In this document: positions 26,025 to 34,504 of the stretch, in pieces
Position numbering within the stretch: position 1 is the stretch's first letter
Layout of the letters: each line of letters starts with the position of its first letter
Notes under the pieces: model-generated
Told to the model about the DNA's origin: nothing
The model's database searches: none
What the model saw: only the letters and a program-made list of their open reading frames with translations
Origin: a virus
Lineage: Duplodnaviria > Caudoviricetes
DNA length: 37,837 nucleotides
Virus record (IMG/VR): IMGVR_UViG_3300011409_000010
Location: 1 to 37,837 of that record
Strand: one strand, 5' to 3'
Program-made: the position numbers and the translations under genes

Positions 26025-26783
26025 ATGTCCAGGATACGCACCATCAAACCGCAATTCTTTACGGACGAGATAATCGCGGAACTTCCGCCACTTACGCGGC
26101 TGCTTTTCATTGGATTATGGACTGCGGCAGACCGTGAAGGACGTTTAGAGGACCGCGCGAAGCGAATTAAGGTGGAATTGCTGCCATATGACGATGCAGA
26201 TGTGGATGAAATGCTAAATATTCTGGCCGATCGGCAGTTTATTACGCGTTACACCGTAGATTTTCATCGGTATATCCAGATTCGCACGTTCGAAAAGCAT
26301 CAAAATCTAAATCCGCGCGAGTCACCGAGCGTGATTCCCAAGATTCGCACGAACGACGACGCGTCAGCATCTAGATCGTCACGCGTGCGCACGCGTGCAA
26401 ATCTAAAAAAGATCCGTGCAAATCTAAAATCTGCTAATACGGAGGGAAGGGAAGGGATAGGGAAGGGAAGGGATAGGGAAGGAGAGAGAGAGGATGTGAC
26501 AGTGAAAGTGTCAGGCAGGAAAAAGCACTCTCTCTCTGATTCTGATTTACAGGAACTTCAGGACAACCCGGTCTATGAGCATCTCGATGTGCGGCAGGTG
26601 TTCGGGAAGTTCAAAGCGTGGTGCAAGGCGAAAGGCATCGAGCCGGAGCCTGAAAGGTTCGTAGGCTGGCTGAATCGCGAAATACCAAACCGAAAGGGGA
26701 ACGGGGCAGATGGCGATGATGACGACAGAGGCACAAGCGCCCAGGCTCGAAGGGTTGCCGCAAGTCTTGAGCGCGATAATTAG
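26025..26783 (+). CDS. Phage replication initiator
   Basis: MSRIRTIKPQFFTDE...RLLFIGLWTAADREGR N-terminal domain, low-complexity linker with repeats, C-terminal FVGWLNRE. Confidence 0.8.
   Translation: MSRIRTIKPQFFTDEIIAELPPLTRLLFIGLWTAADREGRLEDRAKRIKVELLPYDDADVDEMLNILADRQFITRYTVDFHRYIQIRTFEKHQNLNPRESPSVIPKIRTNDDASASRSSRVRTRANLKKIRANLKSANTEGREGIGKGRDREGEREDVTVKVSGRKKHSLSDSDLQELQDNPVYEHLDVRQVFGKFKAWCKAKGIEPEPERFVGWLNREIPNRKGNGADGDDDDRGTSAQARRVAASLERDN
26300..26495. other. Putative replication origin within the initiator gene
   Basis: Repeated (GTGC)AAATCTAAA, 18-bp palindrome at 26380-26397, polypurine GGGAA tract at 26441-26493. Confidence 0.55.
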
Positions 26784-27222
26784 CGCAGCGCGTCGGCGTG
26801 CAGGAGTCGCAGCTTTGAGCGATGCCGCACTTGCTGACGAGATTCGCGACTGGCAGCGCATACTCGCGCCGATACCAGCTGATCGCCTGGAGGAGTGCGA
26901 GCTGCACGCAATTCGCACTCGCAGCGTCAAGGCGTTGCTTCAGCCGCAGGAACTGCTCGCAGCCTGGAGCGTGATCCGCGAAGGGGAGCGCGACAGGCGA
27001 CCGGCGCAGCCTGGCGCCGAAACCGCGAATGGTGCGAGCTGCCCGTACTGCGATCAGGGATGGCAGATCTACGCATATCTCAGCGCTTCCGGGAATGAGA
27101 ATACAGCGGCGCGGCCATGTGCGTGTGAAGCTACGCCGATTGAGGTTCGATCATTGCAACCGCTTCGCGAACCGGAGTGGCAGAAGCGCAAGCATTCGAG
27201 CGTATGGGAACGCGTGACGTGA
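26710..27222 (+). CDS. Replication accessory protein (possible helicase loader) with Zn finger
   Basis: Follows initiator; helical domain then CPYC.QGW...RPCAC. Confidence 0.55.
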   Translation: MAMMTTEAQAPRLEGLPQVLSAIISAARRRAGVAALSDAALADEIRDWQRILAPIPADRLEECELHAIRTRSVKALLQPQELLAAWSVIREGERDRRPAQPGAETANGASCPYCDQGWQIYAYLSASGNENTAARPCACEATPIEVRSLQPLREPEWQKRKHSSVWERVT

Positions 27223-27277
27223 TCTGGACCGTCGTGATCTGCGCACTCTACGGCGGGCTGGCATTCTGGATTTACCG

Positions 27278-27481
27278 ATGGATCACACGGAAAGAGTAAC
27301 GGGCCCTGAAGCAATGGCGAAGATCGAAGCATACGAAGCCGCGCTCTTCGAAGCGCTTCAGTTGCTTGGACACGCGCGCTATGTTTCCGACGTGGAACGC
27401 GCACGTGACGTGATTGTGAAGGCACTCAAGGGTACGCGGTATGACAGACCAATCGAACGACGCGGGAACGTTCAAGGTTGA
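27278..27481 (+). CDS. Hypothetical protein
   Basis: Operon-sense ORF, 67 aa. Confidence 0.5.
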   Translation: MDHTERVTGPEAMAKIEAYEAALFEALQLLGHARYVSDVERARDVIVKALKGTRYDRPIERRGNVQG

Positions 27482-27677
27482 CACGCCGGTGTATGGAATC
27501 TTCGAATGCTGGCAATGCACTGCGCGTCGGCCAATATTCACACCGCCAAGCGAACGGCGTGGTGGTGAGAGAGTTTGGTATTGCAGAGTGTGTAGAGCCA
27601 AGAGCAGTGTAAAGTGGCTTGATCCACGGATAACGTTTCGAGATTACCTCGAGCTGGCGAACAAGGAGGCAACGTAA
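27441..27677 (+). CDS. Small Zn-ribbon protein
   Basis: CWQC...CRVC; stop overlaps next ATG. Confidence 0.6.
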   Translation: MTDQSNDAGTFKVDTPVYGIFECWQCTARRPIFTPPSERRGGERVWYCRVCRAKSSVKWLDPRITFRDYLELANKEAT

Positions 27678-27835
27678 TGCTGGTTACAATTATTCCGATT
27701 CTGTTTGCGATACTTGGCGCGCTTGCATATGCGCTCAGTGCGAATCCGAAGATTCAGGAACTTGGCAGATTGCTGTTCGCTGCTGGTGTTTTCGCGCTTG
27801 CGTTTAATTTGGCTGGCTACAAGTTTTCACTATGA
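27677..27835 (+). CDS. Putative holin, 52 aa with two TM helices (not in ORF track)
   Basis: MLVTIIPILFAILGALAYALSANPKIQELGRLLFAAGVFALAFNLAGYKFSL; AAGGAGG RBS; two genes upstream of endolysin. Confidence 0.6.
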   Translation: MLVTIIPILFAILGALAYALSANPKIQELGRLLFAAGVFALAFNLAGYKFSL

Positions 27836-28188
27836 GCGAACCAACGATTGATGAAATGCTGGCGATAGTGGATAGCGCCATCTTTAACTGCACTCCCGAT
27901 GACGCCCCAAGGATTCGTGAAGCTATCCGCGCCATTCTCGAACAGCACCAGATGTGGTTGAAGGTAGATGAAGTCAAAGATGAACGCATTTTGCAACTCG
28001 AAGCCGAGCTTGACGGACTGGAGCGGGAATCAACCAAGAATGAACGCGCCGCGATCCGCGCATTCGTGGAGCGGGTAGAGAAGCGGCTACCGGAATACAA
28101 CACAGGCAAAGGCGCTGACTCGTGGCTAAGGGAATACCGGCAAGCTGTGCATGCAGAACTCGCCGCGATGGAAAAGGAGGCTGAGTGA
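27832..28188 (+). CDS. MSEPTIDEM-family framework/variable small protein, copy A
   Basis: Four conserved blocks; ATGA and GTGA overlaps with flanking genes. Confidence 0.88.
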   Translation: MSEPTIDEMLAIVDSAIFNCTPDDAPRIREAIRAILEQHQMWLKVDEVKDERILQLEAELDGLERESTKNERAAIRAFVERVEKRLPEYNTGKGADSWLREYRQAVHAELAAMEKEAE

Positions 28189-28757
28189 GTCACACTAACC
28201 TGGAATTATTTGAGCAGAAGATCACGCGGCGATTGAGACGCATCGAGCACATTCTGACTCGCGTAAAGACAGAGCTTCTCGATGATGCTGTACCGGATGA
28301 GCCCAGCTGCGTTGATGCTGATGGCATCGCCTTCATCACCGAGTGCGAAGGGTGCGAGCTCGACCCGTACTACGATCAGGCGGGCTACCTCACCGTTGGT
28401 GTTGGGCATCTGCTCGATGGGCCTGATGACCCGTACAATCGCACGATCACGCAGGGCGAATCCGATATGCTGCTCGAGGGCGACTTGATCGAAACGGAAG
28501 AGTGCATGGAGGAATGCGTCGCAGTTCCAGTGAATCAGAATCAGTACAACGCAATGTGCTCGCTTACGTTCAACATTGGTGTCGGTGCATTCGGTGATAG
28601 CACTCTGTTGAGGCTGCTGAATGAATCGGACTATATGGGCGCTGCGGATCAGTTCCTTGTGTGGAACAAGATCACAGTGAATGGCGAGAAAGTGGTGAGT
28701 GAGGGGTTGGCGAATCGCCGCGAGAAGGAACGCGCTTTGTTTCTCGAGGAAGTATGA
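28185..28757 (+). CDS. Endolysin, GH24 (T4/P21-type) lysozyme
   Basis: E-x8-D-x5-T triad (CEGCELDPYYDQAGYLTVGVGH), NQNQYNAMCSLTFNIG, GLANRREKERALFL. Confidence 0.93.
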   Translation: MSHTNLELFEQKITRRLRRIEHILTRVKTELLDDAVPDEPSCVDADGIAFITECEGCELDPYYDQAGYLTVGVGHLLDGPDDPYNRTITQGESDMLLEGDLIETEECMEECVAVPVNQNQYNAMCSLTFNIGVGAFGDSTLLRLLNESDYMGAADQFLVWNKITVNGEKVVSEGLANRREKERALFLEEV

Positions 28758-29257
28758 GTCTGCCACGAAGCGTACACACTGACACCCGCGTTGGGCACAT
28801 TATCCAGACGCGCTATGCGAATCGCTTGTTTCGCTCGCGCACAGAGGCGCGCTGGGCGGTGCTTTTCGAAGCGCTTGGTGTTCGCTGGGAGTACGAACCG
28901 GAAGGCTACATCGTGCGCGGCCACGCATACCTTCCCGATTTCTGGATCGAAGACTGGAGTGCCTGGATTGAGGTGAAGCCAGTGAGCGAACGACAGAATG
29001 CGAACTCCCTTATGTGGCTCTTGCAAACGCTTCGACGTGATACGAAGGCGAAGCAGGCGTACGTTGCGTTCGGTGCTCCAGACTTAATTCGAGGTTCGTA
29101 CATCGTCAATGATTGCTGCGTGTTTACGCATTGTGATTTGCTTGGGCCAACGCATCGCGCGCCGGAAGATGGCATAGCTTACGAAGCGTATCGCAGGGCG
29201 ATGGAAGAACGCTTCGAATCGCCCCATCGTAAACCACAACGTTTAGTAGGACTTTAG
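28754..29257 (+). CDS. PD-(D/E)xK nuclease-family protein
   Basis: FRSRTEARWA...WEYEPEG...YLPDF...WIEVKP. Confidence 0.8.
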   Translation: MSLPRSVHTDTRVGHIIQTRYANRLFRSRTEARWAVLFEALGVRWEYEPEGYIVRGHAYLPDFWIEDWSAWIEVKPVSERQNANSLMWLLQTLRRDTKAKQAYVAFGAPDLIRGSYIVNDCCVFTHCDLLGPTHRAPEDGIAYEAYRRAMEERFESPHRKPQRLVGL

Positions 29258-29269
29258 GTTTGTACGCAC

Positions 29270-29288
29270 TATCCGGATTATCCGGATA
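29270..29288. promoter_or_regulatory. Palindromic tandem ATCCGGAT operator candidate
   Basis: TATCCGGATTATCCGGATA ends 10 nt upstream of a regulator ATG. Confidence 0.6.
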
Positions 29289-29298
29289 AAAATTACGT

Positions 29299-29676
29299 AT
29301 GGCAGGATTACGCGTCGAGGTGGCAATTTCTGACAAGCGGCTCAAGCGCGAGTACCGTCGGTCGTGTCAGCTGCTTGGAACCACAATGTCTCAGCGCATT
29401 CACCAGACGATGATTGCGACGATTCGCAAAGCAAAGGCAGAATTTCCGCAAGCCTTCAAGATGCTGACGCCTGATGAGGAGCTGATCTTCGAAGCAGTCG
29501 AAGAACATCACTCGACCGTGCTCGACATCCAGATGTACACGCGAATGGAAAAGGTGAAGGTGACTGATCTGCTCGAGGGACTGGTAGCGCGCGGGATTGT
29601 GCGTGAGGCTCGTGAGCGGCGGCAGAGCGTGACGAAGGGACCGGAGCTTCGCACCTACACAATCATTCGCAAGTGA
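29299..29676 (+). CDS. Regulator with RHH-like N-terminus and winged-helix C-terminus
   Basis: LRVEVAISD...LLGTTMSQRI; LTPDEELIFEAV...LLEGLVARGIV...YTI. Confidence 0.6.
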   Translation: MAGLRVEVAISDKRLKREYRRSCQLLGTTMSQRIHQTMIATIRKAKAEFPQAFKMLTPDEELIFEAVEEHHSTVLDIQMYTRMEKVKVTDLLEGLVARGIVREARERRQSVTKGPELRTYTIIRK

Positions 29677-29767
29677 CGATCTACGTCCGTTGGATTCACA
29701 CTCAATCCTTTCGCTCTTGGCGTCCGTGCTCAGTGAGTTGCACGGACGCCTTTTCTTTGCTCTCGCC

Positions 29768-29801
29768 AAAGTAAGCATATACCGCGTGCGATACTCCCGC
29801 C
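29768..29801 (+). promoter_or_regulatory. Putative late promoter AAAGTAAG-N11-TGCGATACT
   Basis: Same motif and spacing as 1117-1144; heads the structural/packaging operon. Confidence 0.45.
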
Positions 29802-29806
29802 TTGAA

Positions 29807-29905
29807 ATGAACTGGAACAGGGATCGCGTGATCTTGTGGGCGGTGGCACTACTCGTAGTGCTCGTTGTGATCCTTGCCCTCCTCATTCTCCTCAAGCACG
29901 TCTAG
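29807..29905 (+). CDS. 32-aa single-TM peptide
   Basis: MNWNRDRVILWAVALLVVLVVILALLILLKHV. Confidence 0.55.
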   Translation: MNWNRDRVILWAVALLVVLVVILALLILLKHV

Positions 29906-29916
29906 GAGGCATTGCA

Positions 29917-30318
29917 ATGGCAGGTTCATTGACGAATTACGGCGAAGGCAAAGTACTGGGGCATCTCTTTGGCGGCACTACCTATGCGCCTGTTGCGACG
30001 TGGTATGTGGGCCTGTTCAGTGTTGCCCCGACTGATTCAACGGCTGGCACAGAGTTGACTGGCGGTGGGTATGCTCGAGGCGCAGTCACGAACAACACCA
30101 CGAACTTTCCGGCTGTGACGGCTGGCAGTCCTGTAGTGACTGGCGCAGATGTGACGCTCTTCACCTCGAGCGGATCGCACACGGCAGTGGCTATGGGGCT
30201 CTTCGATGCGGTGACAGCTGGCAACCTCGTGGCGTACTCAACGTTCACATCAACACCAATCGTCAACCTGGATGTGGTCAGGATCGTCGCAGGCCAATTG
30301 CAGATTTCGCTCGATTAG
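29917..30318 (+). CDS. Virion structural protein (fibre-associated family)
   Basis: WYVGLFSVAPTDSTAGTELTGGGYARGAV...GLFDAVTAGNLVAY; AGGAGG RBS. Confidence 0.75.
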   Translation: MAGSLTNYGEGKVLGHLFGGTTYAPVATWYVGLFSVAPTDSTAGTELTGGGYARGAVTNNTTNFPAVTAGSPVVTGADVTLFTSSGSHTAVAMGLFDAVTAGNLVAYSTFTSTPIVNLDVVRIVAGQLQISLD

Positions 30319-30322
30319 GTGA

Positions 30323-30664
30323 ATGACACTTGGCGCATCAGCACTGGGGCAGTTCGCGCTCGGCGGCAATGGCTTCGAGGCGGCGGTTAACTATGTCGAT
30401 TGCGCGGCAAGCATCACCAGCACCTCGAGCGTCACGTGCGCCATTGCAATCACCAGTGCGGGTGAGATTGAGATTTCAGCGCAGATCGCGGTTGCATCGA
30501 GCGTCACGTGCGCCATCTCAATCACAGGCGCAGTGTTTGGTGACGTAAGCATCTCAGCATCAATCACGATGGTTTCAGCAGTCACATCAGCGATCACGGC
30601 AATGCAGCCAGTTCCGAATCCAGGCGTATCGTTCACACTTTCAGACAGAGCAGGAGGCGCGTAA
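30323..30664 (+). CDS. Small beta-repeat structural protein
   Basis: Three A(S/Q)I...S(S/A)VT(C/S)AI repeats; LG-repeat N-terminus. Confidence 0.7.
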   Translation: MTLGASALGQFALGGNGFEAAVNYVDCAASITSTSSVTCAIAITSAGEIEISAQIAVASSVTCAISITGAVFGDVSISASITMVSAVTSAITAMQPVPNPGVSFTLSDRAGGA

Positions 30665-31800
30665 TGGACCTATTCAAGAATTTCGCAAAGGTGACAGTAT
30701 CGACGGGCTATGACGCCGCCGCCACGTCCATCGTGCTTTCAGGCGGGCACGGCGCGAAACTGCCAGCAGCTCCATTCAATGCCACGTACTGGAATAGCAC
30801 CGACTTTGCCGACCCGACGGATGATCCGAATGTTGAGATTGTGCGCGTGACTGCCATCAGTACCGACACACTCACGGTTACACGTGGTCAGGAAGGCATC
30901 ACCGCAAGCACGAAGAACACCGCCAGCAAGACGTATCGGATGATTGCGGGCCTGACTGCCAAGACACTGAATGAAGATTCAATGAGTGCAATTCAGGCAT
31001 CAGATGGCAGGCTGACGCTCGAAGCGGGTGTGCCGATTTCAAACACGGATCAGACTGCAAAAACTACAATTTATTTCACGCAGTATCAGGGTAACTGCAT
31101 CAGTCTTTACACTGGCTCGGCGTGGATGTGCCACTCGTTTAGTGAGCTATCGCTTGCGCTTGGCACTCTTGCCGCTGACAGCAACTACGATGTTTTTATC
31201 TACAGCAATGCAGGCACGCTCACGCTTGAGTTCTCAGCAGCGTGGGCTTCCGCCGTTGCTCGTACTGATGCGCTTGCCTTGCAGGATGGGATCTACGTGA
31301 AAAGCGGCGCAACCGCGCGGCGCTATCTGGGCACCTTCCGAACCACATCGACGACCACCACGGAAGATTCGTTGATAAAGCGATTTGTCTGGAATAACGC
31401 TAATCGCGTATCGCGTGATATGTACAAGGCTGATGCGACCATACATGACTATAACGGCGAAGCTCGGCAGTGGAATAACTCTGCCACAAATCAGGTAGCA
31501 TTTGTGAGCGGGCTAGCCGAAGAAATGAGCCATGTATCAATACAGAATGCCGGGGGCTCGCCTACGGGCGTGTTCCTGGTGTCGGGCCTGGGGCTGGATT
31601 CAACCACGACTATTTATCGTAACAGCCGACAATACACTTGGCACAATCTAGGGGTCGGGAGCGTAGCGGCGGAGCAATGCAATTCAGTGGGCATTGCGCC
31701 GCAGATTGGTTATCACTTTATCGCAGCTCTTGAAAGCTCGCTGACTTCAGGCATAGCACATTACGAGAACTTTGCCATCAATGGGATTTTTGTAGGCTGA
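30664..31800 (+). CDS. Fibre-like structural protein
   Basis: EIVRVTAISTDTLTVTRGQEG domain; GRLTL..GVP; RRYLGTFRTT. Confidence 0.7.
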   Translation: MDLFKNFAKVTVSTGYDAAATSIVLSGGHGAKLPAAPFNATYWNSTDFADPTDDPNVEIVRVTAISTDTLTVTRGQEGITASTKNTASKTYRMIAGLTAKTLNEDSMSAIQASDGRLTLEAGVPISNTDQTAKTTIYFTQYQGNCISLYTGSAWMCHSFSELSLALGTLAADSNYDVFIYSNAGTLTLEFSAAWASAVARTDALALQDGIYVKSGATARRYLGTFRTTSTTTTEDSLIKRFVWNNANRVSRDMYKADATIHDYNGEARQWNNSATNQVAFVSGLAEEMSHVSIQNAGGSPTGVFLVSGLGLDSTTTIYRNSRQYTWHNLGVGSVAAEQCNSVGIAPQIGYHFIAALESSLTSGIAHYENFAINGIFVG

Positions 31801-33687
31801 ATGCTGTTAGGGTCAAACATACTCGGGCAGTCTGCGCTAGGTGCCATTAGCGGCGGCACGTCAGTAGATTTTGTCGAACTGTCGGCGCTGATTGAGATGG
31901 GGCTTGTTGTTCAGGCACAGGTCACAGCATCAGGATTTGAAGCGCCGGTTGGCTCATCCGTTTTTGCCAGTTTTGGCATCGCAGATGAACCGAAAAGCCT
32001 GCTCATTGCACACAATAACGGATCGGCGCTGCTCGGCACAGGCATTGCAGCTGACGCTGCCACGCTGACAGTGGTGGGCGATATATCAGCGTGGCCATCA
32101 TCAGGCGCGCTCACGCTTGATCTGACATCCAGCTCAACAGGCTCATCTGAGATTTGCTATTACGATGGCATAGCTGGCCAGGTCGTGACGCTTGTAGAAC
32201 GTGGGGCAGACTCGACCACCGCCAAAGCATTCTCAGCAGGGGCGCGTGTTCAGCTTCGCGTGATTGCGCATCATCACAATCTGCTTGCGCAAACACTCAT
32301 CGACGTTCAAACGGAAGTGCTCACAAAGGCTGACAGTGCAGAACTGGCAAGCAAGGCAGACGTAGACCACACGCACACATCGTCAGACATCACCGATCTT
32401 GGGCCAACCTTTGTAGCCAAATCCGGTGATACGATGACGGGACCGTTGACGTTGAGTGGATTGCCCACATCCGCACTGCACGCTGCCACGAAGTCATACA
32501 TAGACTCACGTCTGCCGGTCTATTTCATACTTGATTACAACGCATCCGGCGATATGACCACAACTACCGGCTCAATCACTGGCGGCTCCAATCAGCTTAG
32601 TGTGGCAAGTGGTGCAACGTTTTCAGTGGGGCAGGGCATTTACATCGATGGTGCGGGAGCAGGCGGCACTCATCTGATCACATCAATCACAGCTATTGAT
32701 GGCAGCGTCTTCACGCTTGCCACGACTGCCAGCGCCTCGCGCTCGAATGTGACAGTGCAGCACGACGATACTGTTGCCATTAATACCGCCATGGCATCAG
32801 TGATTGCTGCTGGTGGTGGGCGGCTGCTCTTTGCGTCCGGTTATTATCGCTGCAATGGGCCGATACAATCAGCAACAAATTCGATCCTTGCGCCGCCCTA
32901 CATCCCGATAGCAGAAGGCACGCCTGTTACCCTGTCCCTTGAGGGGCTTGCATACATGGAGTGGCCATCGTGGAATCTCACAGGTGGTTCAAGCACTGCT
33001 GGTGTCATCATTCAATCGGATCGCAATGGCAGTGATGTGAATGCGGCGCTCTTTGCGATGGCGCTTTGGGTTGGTGGCATTACGACCGAGCCCTTCAACA
33101 ACGTGCACATCTACATCAACGACATAAATTTTCGAACTAAAGATAATCCGCAACTCTCAGGGCTTGATCTGGGTATGGCTGCTGCTGCTGAGTGCGGGCG
33201 TGTTCACATAGACACTGGTGCACTGTTTGGATCAGAGCCGACATTTGACCGTTTCGCTTTTCGAATGCCTCGCGTCAATACGGCATCAGCATATTCAGCG
33301 CACTTGATGGTCGTGGGGCGAAACTACTGGACGGGAGCGATACTTGCTGAAGCACCATTACGCGGCAGCAATATCAGCATGGCAACGTGCAAGGTAGGCT
33401 TCAGATCAGATTTTAATTATTACCCGTTGCAGGCGCTGTTGCTGGCATTCAACTGCCCGACATCAATTCACATTACGGACAATACGTATGCAGACTGGAC
33501 GCTGTTCATTGAATCCGCACAGGCTGGGCACTGGTACAGCCCTACAGCCAATCGTGATATTTATGATCCTGACAACAAACTGCATGGTGTGATTCGCTAT
33601 AGCAAACATCAGAGCGGCACAGGCACAACAATCGCAATCAGCAATACAGGCGCAACATCGGCAGTGCTTACGAATCTCAGAGCATAG
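31801..33687 (+). CDS. Tailspike/fibre with pectate-lyase-like beta-helix (putative depolymerase)
   Basis: HTHTSSDITDL, VAKSGDTMTGPLTL...HAATKSYID fibre motifs; DDTVAINTA...GGGRLLFASGYY beta-helix cap. Confidence 0.75.
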   Translation: MLLGSNILGQSALGAISGGTSVDFVELSALIEMGLVVQAQVTASGFEAPVGSSVFASFGIADEPKSLLIAHNNGSALLGTGIAADAATLTVVGDISAWPSSGALTLDLTSSSTGSSEICYYDGIAGQVVTLVERGADSTTAKAFSAGARVQLRVIAHHHNLLAQTLIDVQTEVLTKADSAELASKADVDHTHTSSDITDLGPTFVAKSGDTMTGPLTLSGLPTSALHAATKSYIDSRLPVYFILDYNASGDMTTTTGSITGGSNQLSVASGATFSVGQGIYIDGAGAGGTHLITSITAIDGSVFTLATTASASRSNVTVQHDDTVAINTAMASVIAAGGGRLLFASGYYRCNGPIQSATNSILAPPYIPIAEGTPVTLSLEGLAYMEWPSWNLTGGSSTAGVIIQSDRNGSDVNAALFAMALWVGGITTEPFNNVHIYINDINFRTKDNPQLSGLDLGMAAAAECGRVHIDTGALFGSEPTFDRFAFRMPRVNTASAYSAHLMVVGRNYWTGAILAEAPLRGSNISMATCKVGFRSDFNYYPLQALLLAFNCPTSIHITDNTYADWTLFIESAQAGHWYSPTANRDIYDPDNKLHGVIRYSKHQSGTGTTIAISNTGATSAVLTNLRA

Positions 33688-33692
33688 AAGCA

Positions 33693-33857
33693 ATGTTCAA
33701 TAGCGATTTATTCAATGATCTCTTGTGGAATGATTCAGGTGAGGGCGCATTTGTGCCGGTCGTCGTCGATACACCTGATCCAGGCGTTTCGTTCACGATC
33801 AGCGATGAGCGTGGCGGAATAAGTGAGGTGGACGGTAGCGATGGCTGCGAGTGTTAA
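33693..33857 (+). CDS. 54-aa structural/adaptor peptide (not in ORF track)
   Basis: MFNSDLFNDLLWNDSGEGAFVPVVVDTPDPGVSFTISDERGG...; shares a motif with the C-terminus of 30323-30664. Confidence 0.65.
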   Translation: MFNSDLFNDLLWNDSGEGAFVPVVVDTPDPGVSFTISDERGGISEVDGSDGCEC

Positions 33858-34176
33858 CACATACGACATAGGCGATCTGGTGATACTGAAGAACGGCACG
33901 TTCGTAGATTCGGAGAGTGTCGCAGTTGATCCGTCACTCATCAACGTGAAGGTGCAGAATCCGAACTTCGTTGATGCTACCTACACGTACGGCGTTGATC
34001 CACAAGTGGAAAAGCTCGCCATCGGTGTCTATCGCTGCACGATCAAACCCACAGTGCCTGGCATGTGGTACTACCGCTGGGAAGCTGTGGACCCGTCATC
34101 CTCAATCGTGGTTGCAATGGAAGGCGCAGAAGAACACAGGTTCAGTGTGCGTCCGAGTGCGTTTGTTTATGGCTGA
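33841..34176 (+). CDS. Ig/BppU-like beta-sandwich virion protein
   Basis: YDIGDLV...AVDP...V..P...GVYRC....PGMWYYRWEA...FSVRPS. Confidence 0.6.
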   Translation: MAASVNTYDIGDLVILKNGTFVDSESVAVDPSLINVKVQNPNFVDATYTYGVDPQVEKLAIGVYRCTIKPTVPGMWYYRWEAVDPSSSIVVAMEGAEEHRFSVRPSAFVYG

Positions 34177-34504
34177 AGTACGGACGCCACTACCAAAAGG
34201 GCGACCAAGCAAGGCATACCGTGAGGGGCTCTCGTGGCTGCTGCGCACAGCATTCACGGAAGATGACCGGATGGAAGTCATCCAGATGCTCGTGCGCCGA
34301 GCGAAGGCGGAAGACTTGGAAGCCACCAAGATTTTGCTTGCATACACGTTCGGGAAACCAAAGGAATATCACGAGCATTCAGGTGGGGTGCTCATCAGGA
34401 TAGTTGATGATAGCGACGGCCAAAGAACTGACGATACACCTGCCATCAATGCACTTGAAGCAGGCAGCGATAGCGAAGACGAAGGCGAAGAGAGTCGTGA
34501 TTAA
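34169..34504 (+). CDS. terS: Terminase small subunit
   Basis: KGRPSK...AKAEDLEATKILLAYTFGKPKEYHEHSG; directly upstream of and overlapping terL. Confidence 0.7.
   Translation: MAEVRTPLPKGRPSKAYREGLSWLLRTAFTEDDRMEVIQMLVRRAKAEDLEATKILLAYTFGKPKEYHEHSGGVLIRIVDDSDGQRTDDTPAINALEAGSDSEDEGEESRD

Noticed and set aside
27382-27399. Second parS-like sequence TGTTTCCGACGTGGAACG
   Set aside because: A 2-nt insertion breaks the palindrome spacing and it lies within a CDS.
27832-28188. Diversity-generating retroelement explaining the variable paralogs
   Set aside because: No reverse transcriptase in the window, and variation is segment replacement with length change, not adenine-specific substitution.
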